This document shows, piece after piece, positions 13,417 through 26,218 of a stretch of 64,000 nt of DNA; the stretch's first letter is position 1; each line of letters starts with the position of its first letter. The position numbers were made by a program, and so were the translations under genes. Source of the stretch: Eledone cirrhosa (lineage: Eukaryota); NCBI GenBank assembly GCA_964016885.1, contig OZ024740.1:168826001-168890000 (forward strand), in the 5' to 3' direction. A model generated the notes under the pieces. It did not search any database. It was not told where the DNA came from and saw nothing but the letters and a program-made list of their open reading frames with translations.

Positions 13417-13670
13417 TCATCATCATCATCATCTGGTGGCCTCAGCCTAAATTGACTCAACAATTGATCTCCACGTGGGTCTGTTGTTCATTGCCATTGC
13501 CAAGGTCTGGATTTCAATACCAGAATCTCTAGAGATGACATCGGGATAGGAGACCTTGCACCCCCTGTTATTAGTGACTGCTTGTGGTTTCCAAAGAACT
13601 AATGTGGACACCACAGACTCAGAGGTGGCATGATGACAGTGGCCAGCAAATCTTACTCTCCTTTTACATT
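13417..13670 (-). mobile_element. 3' fragment of a distinct RTE/RTEX-like LINE
   Basis: RRVRFAGHC..VSTLVLWKP..RG..SYPDVISRDSG..MNNRPTWR C-terminal motif, followed by (GAT)n tail. Confidence 0.75.
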
Positions 13671-14190
13671 TTTTTTTAACAGCTGGAACACTCATTGTCT
13701 GAACTGATGGAAGTGAAACACATGCAACATGCATCATACACATATGTTTTTATACATACACACACATACACTACTCTGTTTCAATTCTGAGCAGTTACTT
13801 ACTCATCTTTCGCTAAGTAAATATGTCTCCATTATGAAATATTGCTTCTTAGTGATTAAAATATTAGGCAATATACAAAAGAAAAATAATTTGTTTGATT
13901 CGTAAAACACAATATCCTCCCATGATAAATAACAATGATTTTGCTAAAAGCATTGGATGGAATGCTTTGCAGTATCTCTACTCTCAGTTCATACCACCAT
14001 AGAAAAGAAGATGTAGAAATGATGATGATGTTTCATTGTGCTTGTTAGATACTCTGTGTGTTAACGAGTTGGTATTAATTGAAACAGCAGCTACAAAACT
14101 GTAAATTACAAATTTTGCCTGTAAGCAAGTTTCAGAATAAAACCGATCTATAATTTATTATTTTTTTTACTTACCATAAATGCTAGTATA

Positions 14191-15136
14191 CAAGAGTGGG
14201 CTGAAAAATTCATAAGCTGATTATGAAGGAATAGTCCTAGAGCTATAAAATCTTGCATGCATTAATTTCAACTCTTCTTATTACAAAATATACTGTTTCT
14301 TTCTGGGTAAACTGATATTTGACTGTTCAAAGAAGACTTCAAAAGTAACTAGTAATGACTTCTCTTGAAAATGGACAAAATTTAGCATCGTTGTGTTATC
14401 CAGTACCTGCAGAAAAACGTTTAGCCCCCAAGAACATTCATGCTTACATGGCTGCTACTTTAGGGGATGATGCTGCAGCTTTATCAACAGTGCAAAAGTG
14501 GGGGAAGTATTAAAGATGACCTTAGGTCTGGTTTTGGGCTTATCACTTTGAGCCAGAGACATGAATAAACCCTTCCCCACCTGCTCCAAAGAAGGCCAAG
14601 GTTGTTTTATCTGCAGGGAAGGTGATGGCCTCAGTTTTGGGGATGCAAAAAGCAATGCATTTATTGACTAGCTTCAAAAGTGCCACACTATCAATGGAGA
14701 GTATTATGCTAACTTGCTGAGGCAGTTATGAAAGGCTATCAAGACTAAATGCCCAGGAAAAAGGGGTCTTGTTTCATCAGAACAATGCTCCAGCACACAA
14801 GTCCTTGGTTTCAATGACTGTTGTGCATGACTGTGGCTTTGAATTGGTTGATCACCCTCTCTATTCTCCTGATTTGGCCCCATCTGACTATCATCTGTTC
14901 CCCAACATGAAAAATCCCTTGGATGGGAACCAGTATCGCAGTGATGATGACATCATATCTGCTGTCAATGACTTTTTTGACCAGCAGGATGAAATCTTCT
15001 TCACCAATGGGATCTAAGCACTACAACACCAGAAGTGTGTGGATCACAATGGGGACTATGTTGAAAAATAAACCTCATTTGGTTACATTCGATGAAAGTA
15101 TCTTGGTTAGCCTATGAACTTTTCTGCTGACCCTCA
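14191..15136 (+). mobile_element. Mariner (DD34D-type) relic, internally deleted
   Basis: TA flanks, ~30-bp imperfect TIRs, MDKI.HRCVIQYL start, NAPAH and YSPDLAPSDYHLF motifs with stops. Confidence 0.9.
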
Positions 15137-15163
15137 TATAAGCCAAGAAATATGTGACAAAAA

Positions 15164-15164
<1 letters not shown>

Positions 15165-15194
<30 letters not shown>

Positions 15195-15246
15195 CTTCTT
15201 CTTCTTCTTCTTCTTCTTCTTCTTCTTCTTCTTCTTCTTCTTCTTC
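15165..15246. repeat. (CTT)n microsatellite
   Basis: Direct reading; explains the poly-K/L/F ORFs. Confidence 0.97.
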
Positions 15247-15858
15247 AACATGGAGATGGAGGAGTTCCACCAAATTCGAAATGCACAAGCCACACCATGT
15301 CCAGGAGGCACCCTCAATAACTCCATTTGCAGTTCAGGGCTCATAGTTGGATTAATGAATTTACTGTGACTTCATAACAATTTTCTGACAAAATCTTGAA
15401 AAGCATTTTTGTTGGGGTGCTATATTGGTGTAAAATATTCTTTATAAATAGAATTATCTAAATATTTGTTTAAGCTTATAGCAATTAAAACATGCCATGT
15501 TATTAATGAGGCCAGAGGTACTTGATAGACTATCTATTACTAAATAGTTTAATAAACATACTAAATGATTGCACTAAGTTTCCTAGAAGGATAGATTTTG
15601 TTTTAATTTCTCTTTGTTCATTATTATCTTTAGAGTAGAGAGATAAAAGAAATCGTTATTATCTATAAAGAAAGAAGTTGCTCATTAGGTATTTTGGTGC
15701 AAATCATAGTGACACTGTGGTAAAAGCATTTACTTTGGAGCCAATTAGTCATGAAGTATTGTGTCCTTTAAAAACTCATCATCATCATGTACATTTTTCA
15801 ATGTTCCATGGGTTGGATGAGTCCTCTCCCGTACTGAGTCTATCTATTTGATTCTTTC

Positions 15859-16003
15859 GTGTAGTTTCTTGAGATCAGCTTTCATCATTTCTGCCCACAC
15901 ATTTCTTGGTCATCTTCTTGCAGGATTTGTGAGGTGTAGTTTCTTAAGATCAGCTTTAATCATTTCTGCCCACACATTTCTTGGTCATCTTCTTGCAGGA
16001 TTT
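15859..16003 (-). repeat. 75-bp tandem duplication inside a decayed RTE 3' fragment
   Basis: gtgtagtttctt.agatcagcttt...gcaggattt occurs twice. Confidence 0.9.
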
Positions 16004-16913
16004 CCTTCCACTTGGAACACCTGGCTCTTTTACACATAACATCTGATTCCTTTTGTGCTCTGTTTTTCATTCTTATACATTAGCATCACACATCCAACAG
16101 AGAATTCTTAATTCATTCCTCTTCCACATTCACCACCCATGTCTCATTGCCATGCAACACCACACATATTACTATTCATTTTCCTATCTATCATCATGAT
16201 AAAGTGGTTATTGCTGGTCTTGTTTGAGGCATTTTCTAATTTTCTTTAGTGTTTTAATGTTATGGGCGTCAGTTCTACTATGTCACACTTTTTTTCATAA
16301 GATGCAAAATTTGAACTCAGAATGTACAGAGCCAGAACAGATACCACAAGGCATCCTGTCTAATGTGCTAACAATTCTGACAACCTACTGCCATGGACTG
16401 GTACTAATCTAAAGCTGAGGTTAGTCTTTAGTATAGAGTTTCTAAGTGATTCTAAATTTATTCTGTATAAAACAACACTGAATATTCACTTTCTTTAAAT
16501 AGCATGTGAAACAATCTTTTGGATCAGTTTTAATTTGAACGTTTGTTTAATAGGTTGATTCTTCTTAGACAACAGTTTGAAAGATCTTGGATATTTTATT
16601 TTTATTTGAGAAGTTTCATATGGGAAATGGATGTGGTTATTGAGGCTGTTCTACTATTCATTAGCTGCTACAGTATTATACTTGCACATAAACATTGTTG
16701 GCTATATGGTTATATGTAGATGTGTGGAAACACACACATGTGCACATACACACACACACACACACAAAACTAATACATTATAAGCAATTCATTCTTGTCT
16801 CCAGAAAAACGTCTATATATATATAATATATGTATGTGTGTATATATATATATATATATATTTATTTATATATATATAAAGACAACTAAAGCTGTTAATT
16901 GGACATATAATTG

Positions 16914-16960
16914 ACCGACATGTTTTGCCAGGCTACACAAGAAGTCAGGCTCTTCAGGGT
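16914..16960 (-). ncRNA. Type I hammerhead-ribozyme-like motif, G12->A degenerate
   Basis: acc CTGAAGA gcc..ggc AAAA CATG TC ggt. Confidence 0.55.
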
Positions 16961-18045
16961 TTATAAAAACATTTAGATTATATATATGTGTACGTGTGTC
17001 TGTGTGTCCCAGGTTCAATCGGGGGCAACCACAGTAAGTAAGGTACTCAATACATAGCAGAGTATAAATATTTAATATAGTTCTAGTCCTGTTGAAGCCA
17101 TTTCTATGTTTATATATATATATATATATATGCATGTGAGGATATATTTCCTACAAAACACATCATAATGATTTATTTGATTACGTCTCTGTCAATATAA
17201 ATAATTGTCATCATCATGTACATTTTCCCATGCAGAGGATGGATCAGTAAACCATCTTGTATATAACCACTTGTCAAGATTCCTTCTCATATCACATTTG
17301 TGATGCTCAACATCTCAGTATCTGACATCACCACTTCGTTTTCCATTGCTAACAGGGCTGTTCTTCCTGCTAGTAAATGTAATGTCCTATAAACCCATAA
17401 TGATTTTTTTTTTGTAACACAAACAACTTCTTCATGAGCATATCATGGACAAGTCAACCCATTAAAATCCATCCGTTCCCCACAAGACATTTAACAATCT
17501 GGAAATAACATGCAGAAGTAAAATGTCTCAATCAGTTGAATTTGTCACATATTCAGTTCATTAGAAATTTACCAGTTCTCCACAGTACTCACACTAGTAA
17601 CAAATATAAAGGTTCTTACATAGAATTATTATGAAAAGATTTTAGATAAATATGAACACTTGAAAATATGCCACTTTCTATCATAGAACAAGCGGAAATT
17701 TCTGGTGATGTGGTATCAAATGGGTTTAGAAGATAACATAATCTGTAAAGCGCTTGCAGTATTGCAGTATGTTCTGAATTCAAATATTGTCATCGACAAC
17801 TTTACCTTACGTTGTTTTGAGGTCAATCCGATAAGTATCAACCAAGTACTGGAATCAATTAAATTGACAACACCACTCTCCAAAATGGTTGTCTTTGTGT
17901 CTGTGTCAGAAATCATTGACAGAATGGATATAGCAACAAACAAAATGTTCTGTTCTATTTGATCTTGTCCTTTTAGTTTCTCTGTTCAAATCTCCCTTGG
18001 GTCATCTTTGCTTTTCTAGGAGTCAATAAAATAAATACCACTTAA

Positions 18046-18247
18046 CCCTTTTATTACTATATTTCTATTGAATAATTTTGAAAATAATGACTATTTGAAG
18101 GGATTTATTAAGCTGTTGTTTGGAACATGAGCTTAATAGAGGTTCTTACATAAAATTATGATGGCAGATTTTTAGATAAATATATACATTTTAAAACAAA
18201 GTTTTATAACACCATGGTCACTTTCAGGCAGTTTGATATCAAAAGAA
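18046..18247. mobile_element. piggyBac-like MITE; further decayed copies near 415, 23290, 26243, 39140, 44158, 54670, 55966, 56838
   Basis: TTAA|CCCTTT left end; shared body ataattttgaaaataat...gtttggaacat...aaattatgatgg. Confidence 0.65.
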
Positions 18248-19240
18248 TTAGCTGCTGGTGTTGATGCACTAAATTGTTCCTCCCTACTAAATTTGAAGCC
18301 TGATGCTTATGTTAGAAATTATAATTATTCTTATTATATTTCTTGAATTTCCATTCTATATTTGCAAATGGTGATATAAGTAGTTGGAAACACAATAAGC
18401 TGAAAAAATGTACTTTTCCTATTTGTTCTATGTGATAAGCCAATATTTCTAATTGCTTGCCAGCATTTTTTTAATAACAGATTAATTTGTAAACCTTGGC
18501 TCGTCATTTTGATATCATGCAATTTTAATGAATATTGTATTTTAGAGATAAAGTACCAGTAATACACTGGGTGATTGCTGGCCTTGTGCCTAAAGTAGAA
18601 ACAATTATATTTTAGAGATGCATTAGAATCTATTTTGTGATGAAATGAATGAAATGATGTCAAATTATCTTTTTGTGAGTGTAGTAGGCTGAGAAGGAAT
18701 GGAAGCACCCATGACCCTTTTCATCAGGTTCTCCAAGAGAGAAAGGGAGCAAATTATCCTAGAAACAGAAACCTGGCCTGAATGTTTGCAGTAGGGTAAA
18801 CTCTGTTAAATGTACCCAAGGACCAAGTAGTGGTGTTCAATAAGACAATAGATTAATTCTGCCACTCATTTTATTTTAAATAAAAAAAGCAATTCCAGAA
18901 TATTTTACTTTTGAGGTACTAATTAAATAAAATGAATGGGCTACAGTTTGAGCTACTTAGTTTTAAGTATTAAATTCTCTCCCACCCCCTTATATTTCTC
19001 TTTGATAGAGTCTGACTTGCATTTGATAGATTCTGACTAAGCATTTCTGTCTACTTCTGTCTGCCTAGTTAATAACACAGGCTTTACTCTGGAAAGGCTA
19101 TTCAATTGTAAAAATACAATAATATACAAATGTCTATATTTGTAAATGTCATCCCATCCATACTCGATCTCAGAAATAGACAAACAGCTGAAAAGGAAAA
19201 TGTAAAATAACATGAAAAGAATGCTTTGCAAATTTATATA

Positions 19241-22200
19241 CAGGGCTGCTCAGTTCTTTGAGGACACATCTTTTAATAGCTCTAACTTTTCTGATTATCA
19301 TTTCTTTACAGATAAATGATGACAGACATCAAGCTAACTCAGTAAATGAAAAGAGACACTGTAATCATTGCTTTAAAGGAAGTCATCATCATCATCATCA
19401 TCATCACCGTTTTACGTCCGTTCTTCCACGCTAGCATGGGTTAGACGGGTTGTCCTGTTGTGGGCAGTGTCTGGTCGGCTGACCATGCCTTGCTCATACA
19501 GGAACTGATCTGGCTTGATTTCTACAGCTGGATGCCCTTCCTAACACCAACCTCATTTACAGTGAGTGCTGGGTGCTTTTTCGTGGCGCCTACACGTCCA
19601 CTTTACAGTGTGGGCTGGGTGCTTTTTTGCCGTGGCACCTCCACGACCACCTTGCGGTGGGGGGGGGGGGCATATTGTTTATATGCTTCAGCATGTACCC
19701 ATGGGAGGTCGGGTACCCTGTATTACTGCGTGTCGCCAGAAGTCACAGTCGTGTGTCATTGACTTTGAGAGGTGTAGTTGGGTAAGGTCGGCTCTTATCA
19801 CCTCATCCCAAGTCATCTTGGGTCTCCCCACTCCGCGGTTTCCATCAACTTCTAGTGCTCTGCACCTTTTTATGCAGCTGTCATCCTTCATACGCATCAC
19901 ATGTCCATACCAGCGTAACCGCCTCTCCTGCACGCAGCATTTGATTCCTCTTATGCTCAGTCTCTCTCTCAATTCATTTATGCTTTGTCGTTCACGTATA
20001 TTACTGTTACACATCCATCGGAGCATGCAGGCTTCGTTTCTCTCTAATCTACGTAAGTCTTCCACCTTCAGCGCCCAGGTCTCACTACCATGCAACATCG
20101 CTGTTCGGATACACGCATCATACAGTCTGCCTTTCATTCTGAGGGAGAAGCCTTTTGCAGCTAGCAGTGGTAGTAGTTCCCTAAACTTCTTCCATCCCGT
20201 TCTTACCCTAGTTATTGTACTTTCTGAGCACCCACCTCCGTTGCTAATTCGGTCACCTAGGTAGCAGAAGCTGTCTACTGTTTCTACAGGGCCCTCCCAG
20301 AGATTGGTGGTACTTGTTTCCTGTGGCTGTTTGCTTGCTGTTTCAGCACAGCTGCTGCATGTGAATCCTACATTCTTAATTAAGCTTCCTGAGATCCCGC
20401 TACATCTCTTGTGTACCCATTGTTTGCATTTGGGGCAAAGAATGGAGTTCCTACCTACACCTTTCCTACATACTGAGCAAGGCCATTTCCCTGAGGGGAT
20501 CTGGGTTCTGTTTTCTCGTCTACTTATAAGGACCTTAGTCTTTGTCATGTTGACTTTGAGGCCCTTTCTCTCTAGTCCCTGCTTCCAGGTTTGGAATTTA
20601 TTCTCTAGTTCTACCATAGATTCAGCTATGAGTGCGAGGTCATCAGCATACAGGAGTTCCCATGGGCATCCGGTCTTAAACTCCTCCGTTATTGCCTGCA
20701 GGACTATGATGAACAGGAGAGGGCTAAGAACAGAGCCCTGGTGGACCCCAACCTGTACGCTAAATTCCTCGCTATACTCATTGCCAATCCTAACTTTGCT
20801 GACTGCTCCCCTATACATGGCTTGTACCGCTTTCACAAGCCATTCATCTACTCCTAGTTTTCTAAGAGCCCACCAGATTACTGCACGTGGAACTCTGTCA
20901 AAGGCTTTCTCAAGGTCGACAAATGCCAAGTAGAGTGGCTTACTTTTAGCTAGGTACTTTTCCTGTAATTGCCTCACAAGGAAGAGCGCATCAGTGGTGC
21001 CTTTCCCTGGAACAAACCCAAATTGCATCTCGTCTATATTCACCCGGTCCCTAATCAGCTGTGCTATAACTCTTTCTGTTACTTTCATGACCTGGTCCAT
21101 CAACTTTATACCTCTATAGTTTCCTCTATCTAGTGCATCGCCTTTACCTTTGTAGCAGTTGACAATGATGCTACTGCACCAATCTTTTGGTATGGCCCCC
21201 TCTAGTATTACCTGGTTAACGATACGTGTGGTTATAGTGTGACCTACAGACCCAGATGCCTTCAGCATCTCGGCAGCTATACCCGATGGACCGGTTGCCT
21301 TCCCTATCTTCATATCTCTGATTGCCTTACTTACTACGCTGCCGCTGACTTGTACTGCTGGTCCCTCTATAGGGTCTACGTGGGGTAGGGTCTCTTCTTC
21401 CCATGCATTCTCCTCATTTAGTAATCTATCATAATGACTCTTCCATGCATCTTTCTTCTCAGCACTTGTGAGGGCAAGCTCACCTTTATCATTCCGGATA
21501 CACTTCTCTCCAATGACATCACAACTATCTCTGACACACTGCCTCGCAATCTTGAATACCTCCTGTTTCTGGTCCTCACGTTGTAAAACATGCTTGAATT
21601 TTCTATCCTCTGCTTCCCTCCTAGCTAAGTATACTTGTCGCCTAGCTTCCCTCTTGGTCTCTATGTAATGTACCCTGCTCCCCCCGTTCTTCCATTCTTT
21701 CCATGCCTGTCTCTTGGCCTTGACTGCTTCATCTACCTTATTGTTCCACCACCAAGTCACTCTCCTCCTGCTTGAGGTCTTACTCCAGCCACAAACCTCA
21801 TCCGTCGCCTCTAGTAAGTTATTTTTTAGGAACTCCCAGTTCTCTTCTACGTTAAATGTCTCTATCTGTTCTTCTTTACTGTCGTAGGCGTTGAGTAAAA
21901 TATCTTTAAATCTGTTACTGGTTGAGGGGACTTTCAGCTTCCAGATCTTTCTTCTCCAGGTTGGCCTCTGTTTCAGGGCTCGTCTAGTTCTGACCGTGAG
22001 GTCGCTGACAACTAAGCTATGTTGGGATGTACATTCCTCACTAGGGAAGGCTTTTGTGTTTACGACCGTCCATCTGTCACGTCCTCTGATGAGAATAAAA
22101 TCTAACTGACTAGAGTGCTCCCCTGATCTATAGGTGATCAGGTGGTTGTCGGGTTTTTTAAAGTTTGTGTTACATATCGACATGTCATTGGCGTCGCAGA

Positions 22201-23234
22201 ATTCTAGAAGTCTGAATCCTTCCTCATTCCTTGTGCCAACTCCATGGCCTCCATGTACTCTATTGAAGCCGTCGCAGTGCATAATAATTTAAAGATTGCT
22301 TGCTTCCTGGAAGTTGCATGGTTGTTTGTTGTCAAAATTTGTAAAAAGTTAGGAGCTGCTGATAGGGATTCTACAGCAGTAGTAAAATGTAAATTGCTTG
22401 CTAGGAGTCCTAATACCATCAGAACACCCAAATTTGTATGAAAAGTGCAGAAAATTATAAATACCTAGAAAGTCAGTTAATGCCATTGCAATGGAGCTCA
22501 AGGTTTCAAGGCCCACTATCAGAAGAATTATGCATGAGGATCTTTGATACTTTTTTTATGAGAAAAACTTTGGTGAAGATCAAAAGGTCAACTGAAGGAA
22601 TGACAGATGATTATGAAGACACCCTGAAGGCATCCCAGCACTCATGCACACAAAGTTTCCAGCAACTGTGATGGTTCTGAGAGTTGTGAGCAATGAGAGA
22701 ATGAGAGAGATGTCATACTTCCTCACTTCTTTTCTCAGGGTTTAAGGGTATTGGAGAGGGTTGTGACACCCTGGATAGAGATCATGAGCAAAGGAAGATA
22801 CTACAACTACCAACAAGACTCTGCACCATCTCATAAGGCCAAGTCGACTCAATAATATATGAGTTACAATCTCCCCAATCACATCACCCCAAACATATGA
22901 CCTCCTGGCTCTCCAGACTTGAATCCGTTGGATTACCACATGTAGGGTGTAGTTGTGAGGGAAGTCAATAAAACATCCACATAACACTATATAATCTCTG
23001 AAATGCACCATAATTTTCATAATGTCTAAAATAGATAAAGTTCATCTGATTCAGGTATGTCAACATTTCAGACCTCGCATTGAAGCAGTCATAAATGCTA
23101 ATGGCAGATCTGTTGAGCAGATTTTTCAAGAAGAGTCTCAAGATTATTCATGCCAATTTATTTCTCAAATTAAGTAACTTATGCATCTTTTACTAAATTC
23201 ATGCAAATTTCCTAAAAAGGTCTGAGCAACCCTG
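19241..23234 (+). mobile_element. Tc1/mariner DD37D (maT-like) relic interrupted by an RTE LINE
   Basis: TA|cagggctgctcag ... ctgagcaaccctg|TA TIRs; decayed transposase continues across the LINE (ALKE/HNNLKIACFLEVA; SPDLNPLDY). Confidence 0.85.
19384..22282 (-). mobile_element. RTE LINE family A, 5'-truncated, uninterrupted 864-aa frame (partial APE endonuclease, RT, PHD-like finger)
   Basis: SQLDFIL/SQHSLV endonuclease end; NYRGIKL, QFGF, FVDLEKAFD, QGSVLSP, YADD; (GAT)n tail at 19384. Confidence 0.97.
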
Positions 23235-24289
23235 TATAAATTGCTGGCATTGTTGTTTATGGTACTTCCCCTTGTATTACATACTTATCCATTTTAATAC
23301 CAACCCACTTGAGACCACTTGTATAAAATGTTCTTTAGGTCTTTTGTTTGGCTCAGACTATACTGGAGCACATTCAAATTAAAATCTTATTCAAAATCTC
23401 ATTATAACATGAATGATATCCCAAAATTCTAGTTGATCAACACTGGCATATTATACCTCATCATCATTTTTAATTAATTAATGCCAGTATTGAGCCTTTT
23501 TTCTGTGTGTGCATGTACATACATATCTGCTTCTCCCCACCCTCACCCACACACACAAACACATGCAATTAATCTTCTGGCTTGTAAACAAAAATTATAT
23601 TCATGCATTTATGTATATATGCTTGTTATATTACTAAATTCCTTCAAATTTTTTATTATTTTCAAAATTATTTGAAAATCATAGGCAGTGTTTTTCACTA
23701 GAAATATGGTAATGAAAGGGTTAAAATTTAAAGGTTGAAATATTTAAAGACGAAATCGTATCAAGCTAAATGCAGAAAACATTATAAATGATATTTGATT
23801 TTCACCAAATAATATTTTCCTGTTTGATCATAAATACTAAGGGGAATGAATTAGTAATTATAGTTTAATGAGTTTCTGTTGCTTAATTATGTTGGTGATG
23901 AATAGAAAATGAATTAGTTTTATCTCCTTATTTGATTGGTTAGCTGTACTAGAAAGTTTTAATGAGACTCAGAAGAAAATACTAATGGAGAAACCTTCCA
24001 AAAATGCTTCCAGTTTCCAGCATTCATGTTTTTTGTTGTTAATTACATTTTTGTTTCTTTCTTTTAACCCATAATTAATTTTTGTTTATATATGTTATTT
24101 ACTACTCTATTAGAAAACGAGTACTTTAAACAGTAGAACCAGCTGCTACCTGAATCATTTTGATAAATTATGGAAAATTACTCTGTTCAAATATGCAAAG
24201 ATAAATTGATTGTTTGCTTTATAACACCACCTCCTCACTTATTAGTTTATCATCCTTATAAACATCCCATTAGATATTATTTATTTAAG

Positions 24290-24471
24290 GAATGGATTGG
24301 CAGTATCGGTAGAGGGTCGGACGCCATGCTTTCCAGCATAGTTACGTCCCTTTATGATCTGAGTTCAAATCCCACCGAGGTTGACTTTGCCTTTCATCCT
24401 TACGGGGTCGATCAAATAAAGTACCAGTAATGCACTGGGTAATTGCTGGCCTTGTGCCTAAAGTAGAAACA
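24290..24471 (+). mobile_element. SINE S1, 14-bp TSD; extra 3' fragment at ~24535-24635
   Basis: TSD attatttatttaag at 24276-24289 and 24472-24485. Confidence 0.9.
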
Positions 24472-25217
24472 ATTATTTATTTAAGAAATTGGAATGGTTC
24501 TAGGAAAGGTAAAATATTAGGCATCTGAATGAGCTGAACTTCATTTGCCTTTCATCCTTACGGGGTCGATAAAATAAAGTACCTGTAATGCACTGGGTAA
24601 TTGCTGGCCTTGTGCCTAAAGTAGAAACAATTATTAGATTAATCTCATCCCTAAAGTGTATATTTAGAATATTTACACCTATACTATATTCTAGTCAGTT
24701 TAATATGAGACCATCAGGTATCTTATTATGTATACAAAGTCCCTGACTGAATTCAAACCAAGAACCCTTATTTCTAAACTAAATATATGAACATTGTTCT
24801 ACTACTAATGCATATACATATAGAATTAAATCTTCTAGTTTAAACACACTCAGGAATCAAACACCTGATCAGGGTTGGAGATCAAACCTCTGAAATGTAG
24901 GATGAATGTAAATATTGTAAATATACACTCTAGAAATGAGGTTAATAGCCTGGAAACTGTAAATATCATTAAGTGTAAAATATTGTTAGAGAGAAACTTT
25001 TTTTGTTGTTTTTTGTGTCACTTTTTGAAGTGTGTGTACTTAAAATATAGAGGTTTTAAAACCTTCTCTACATTCACCGAAGTGAATAGTTGCAAGTCAA
25101 GGAGAGCTGCTTGTTCAATTAATATTTGGTTAACCTGAGCTATTACTAATTTGAACAATTTCCTCTTCAATATCAACTAACCTATATGTACTTTTCTCTG
25201 TTTCTTTCTTTTCTCAG

Positions 25218-25392
25218 GACTGTCCTACCGATTCCTCTGATCAGCATGTGGTTCAAACAGAATCCATTACAAATGCTGATGATACTGATCTCATTGTTAC
25301 TGATGATGCCTTTGAGCCTTCCCAGGATTCCATTGTTGTTAATGGAGATGAACCATTAACAGACTTTGGAGATACCACAGAAGAGAGTGATG
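25218..25392 (+). CDS. GRAMD1B: GRAMD1/Aster-like protein, internal exon (acidic linker before VASt): DCPTDSSDQ...DFGDTTEESD(G)
   Basis: Polypyrimidine tract+CAG acceptor (tttctttcttttctcag), GT donor at 25393; 175 nt open, ends in phase 1 matching the next exon; acidic segment like the one preceding VASt in Aster proteins. Confidence 0.8.
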
Positions 25393-25906
25393 GTTAGTCA
25401 TTTATTATTATGATGCACATTATATTTCTCTTCTTTCTGCTCAAATTAGCTTGCACAGCACTTAAACTTATTTTTATTTGCTATCTTTTCTTTATTCTAC
25501 TTTCATTTTTCATGCACCCTGAAGACGGTGAAGGTCTACCATCTTGTCGTAACCCTGTTAAATGCCCTTCAGAGGAAACAGGTACGATTCTTCTCTTTTG
25601 CCTTTGCACTAGGAAAGATTTTGGTCACTTGGAATCACGTATCTAGTTCTTTGTGCCTGTACATATGTATGCTTGATTATGTGTGTAGGTAACTGTAACA
25701 GACTACTTTACCACAAGTGTCTATTGAGCACCTTAATGTTTACACATGTAAATCGCATCACACACACCAATATGTGTGTGTGTGTGTGTGTGTATGTGTG
25801 TGTGTGTGTGTGTGTGTGTCTGATTGTAGGTATACATGTATATGTATGTGTACATGTACATGTATATATATACATGTACATGTATATATATATGTATATG
25901 TACATG

Positions 25907-25940
<34 letters not shown>

Positions 25941-25945
25941 TATAT

Positions 25946-26218
25946 CATCATTTCATCATCATTTCATTTTACGTCCACTTTTCCCTTGCAAGGGTGGGAC
26001 GGGAACTGATTCTGGCTTGATTTCTACAGCTGGATGCCCTTCCTAACACCAACCTCATTTACAGTGAGTGCTGGGTGCTTTTTTTGCCGTGGCACCTCCA
26101 CGACCACTTTACAGTGGAATGATAGGGACCGCAGTCCCTATCATCTCATTTCTACAGCTGAGTAAACTGGAGCAATGTGAAATAAAGTGCCTTGCTCAAG
26201 GAAACAACACATCACCCG
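25946..26218 (-). mobile_element. SINE S2 copy lacking the tRNA head
   Basis: Near-identical to 11027-11298. Confidence 0.85.

Noticed and set aside
15075-15369. Poly-K/L/F ORFs
   Set aside because: Translations of the (CTT)n microsatellite
19312-19370. Acceptor-like tttctttacag followed by an open stretch
   Set aside because: It is the 5' region of the maT-like transposase relic
19566-20933. Long + strand ORFs (232 and 209 aa), and similar ones opposite other LINE copies
   Set aside because: Antisense shadows of the RTE ORF with no independent motifs
1-25217. Upstream GRAM-domain exons
   Set aside because: None recognisable by eye; probably outside the window, though short exons could have been missed
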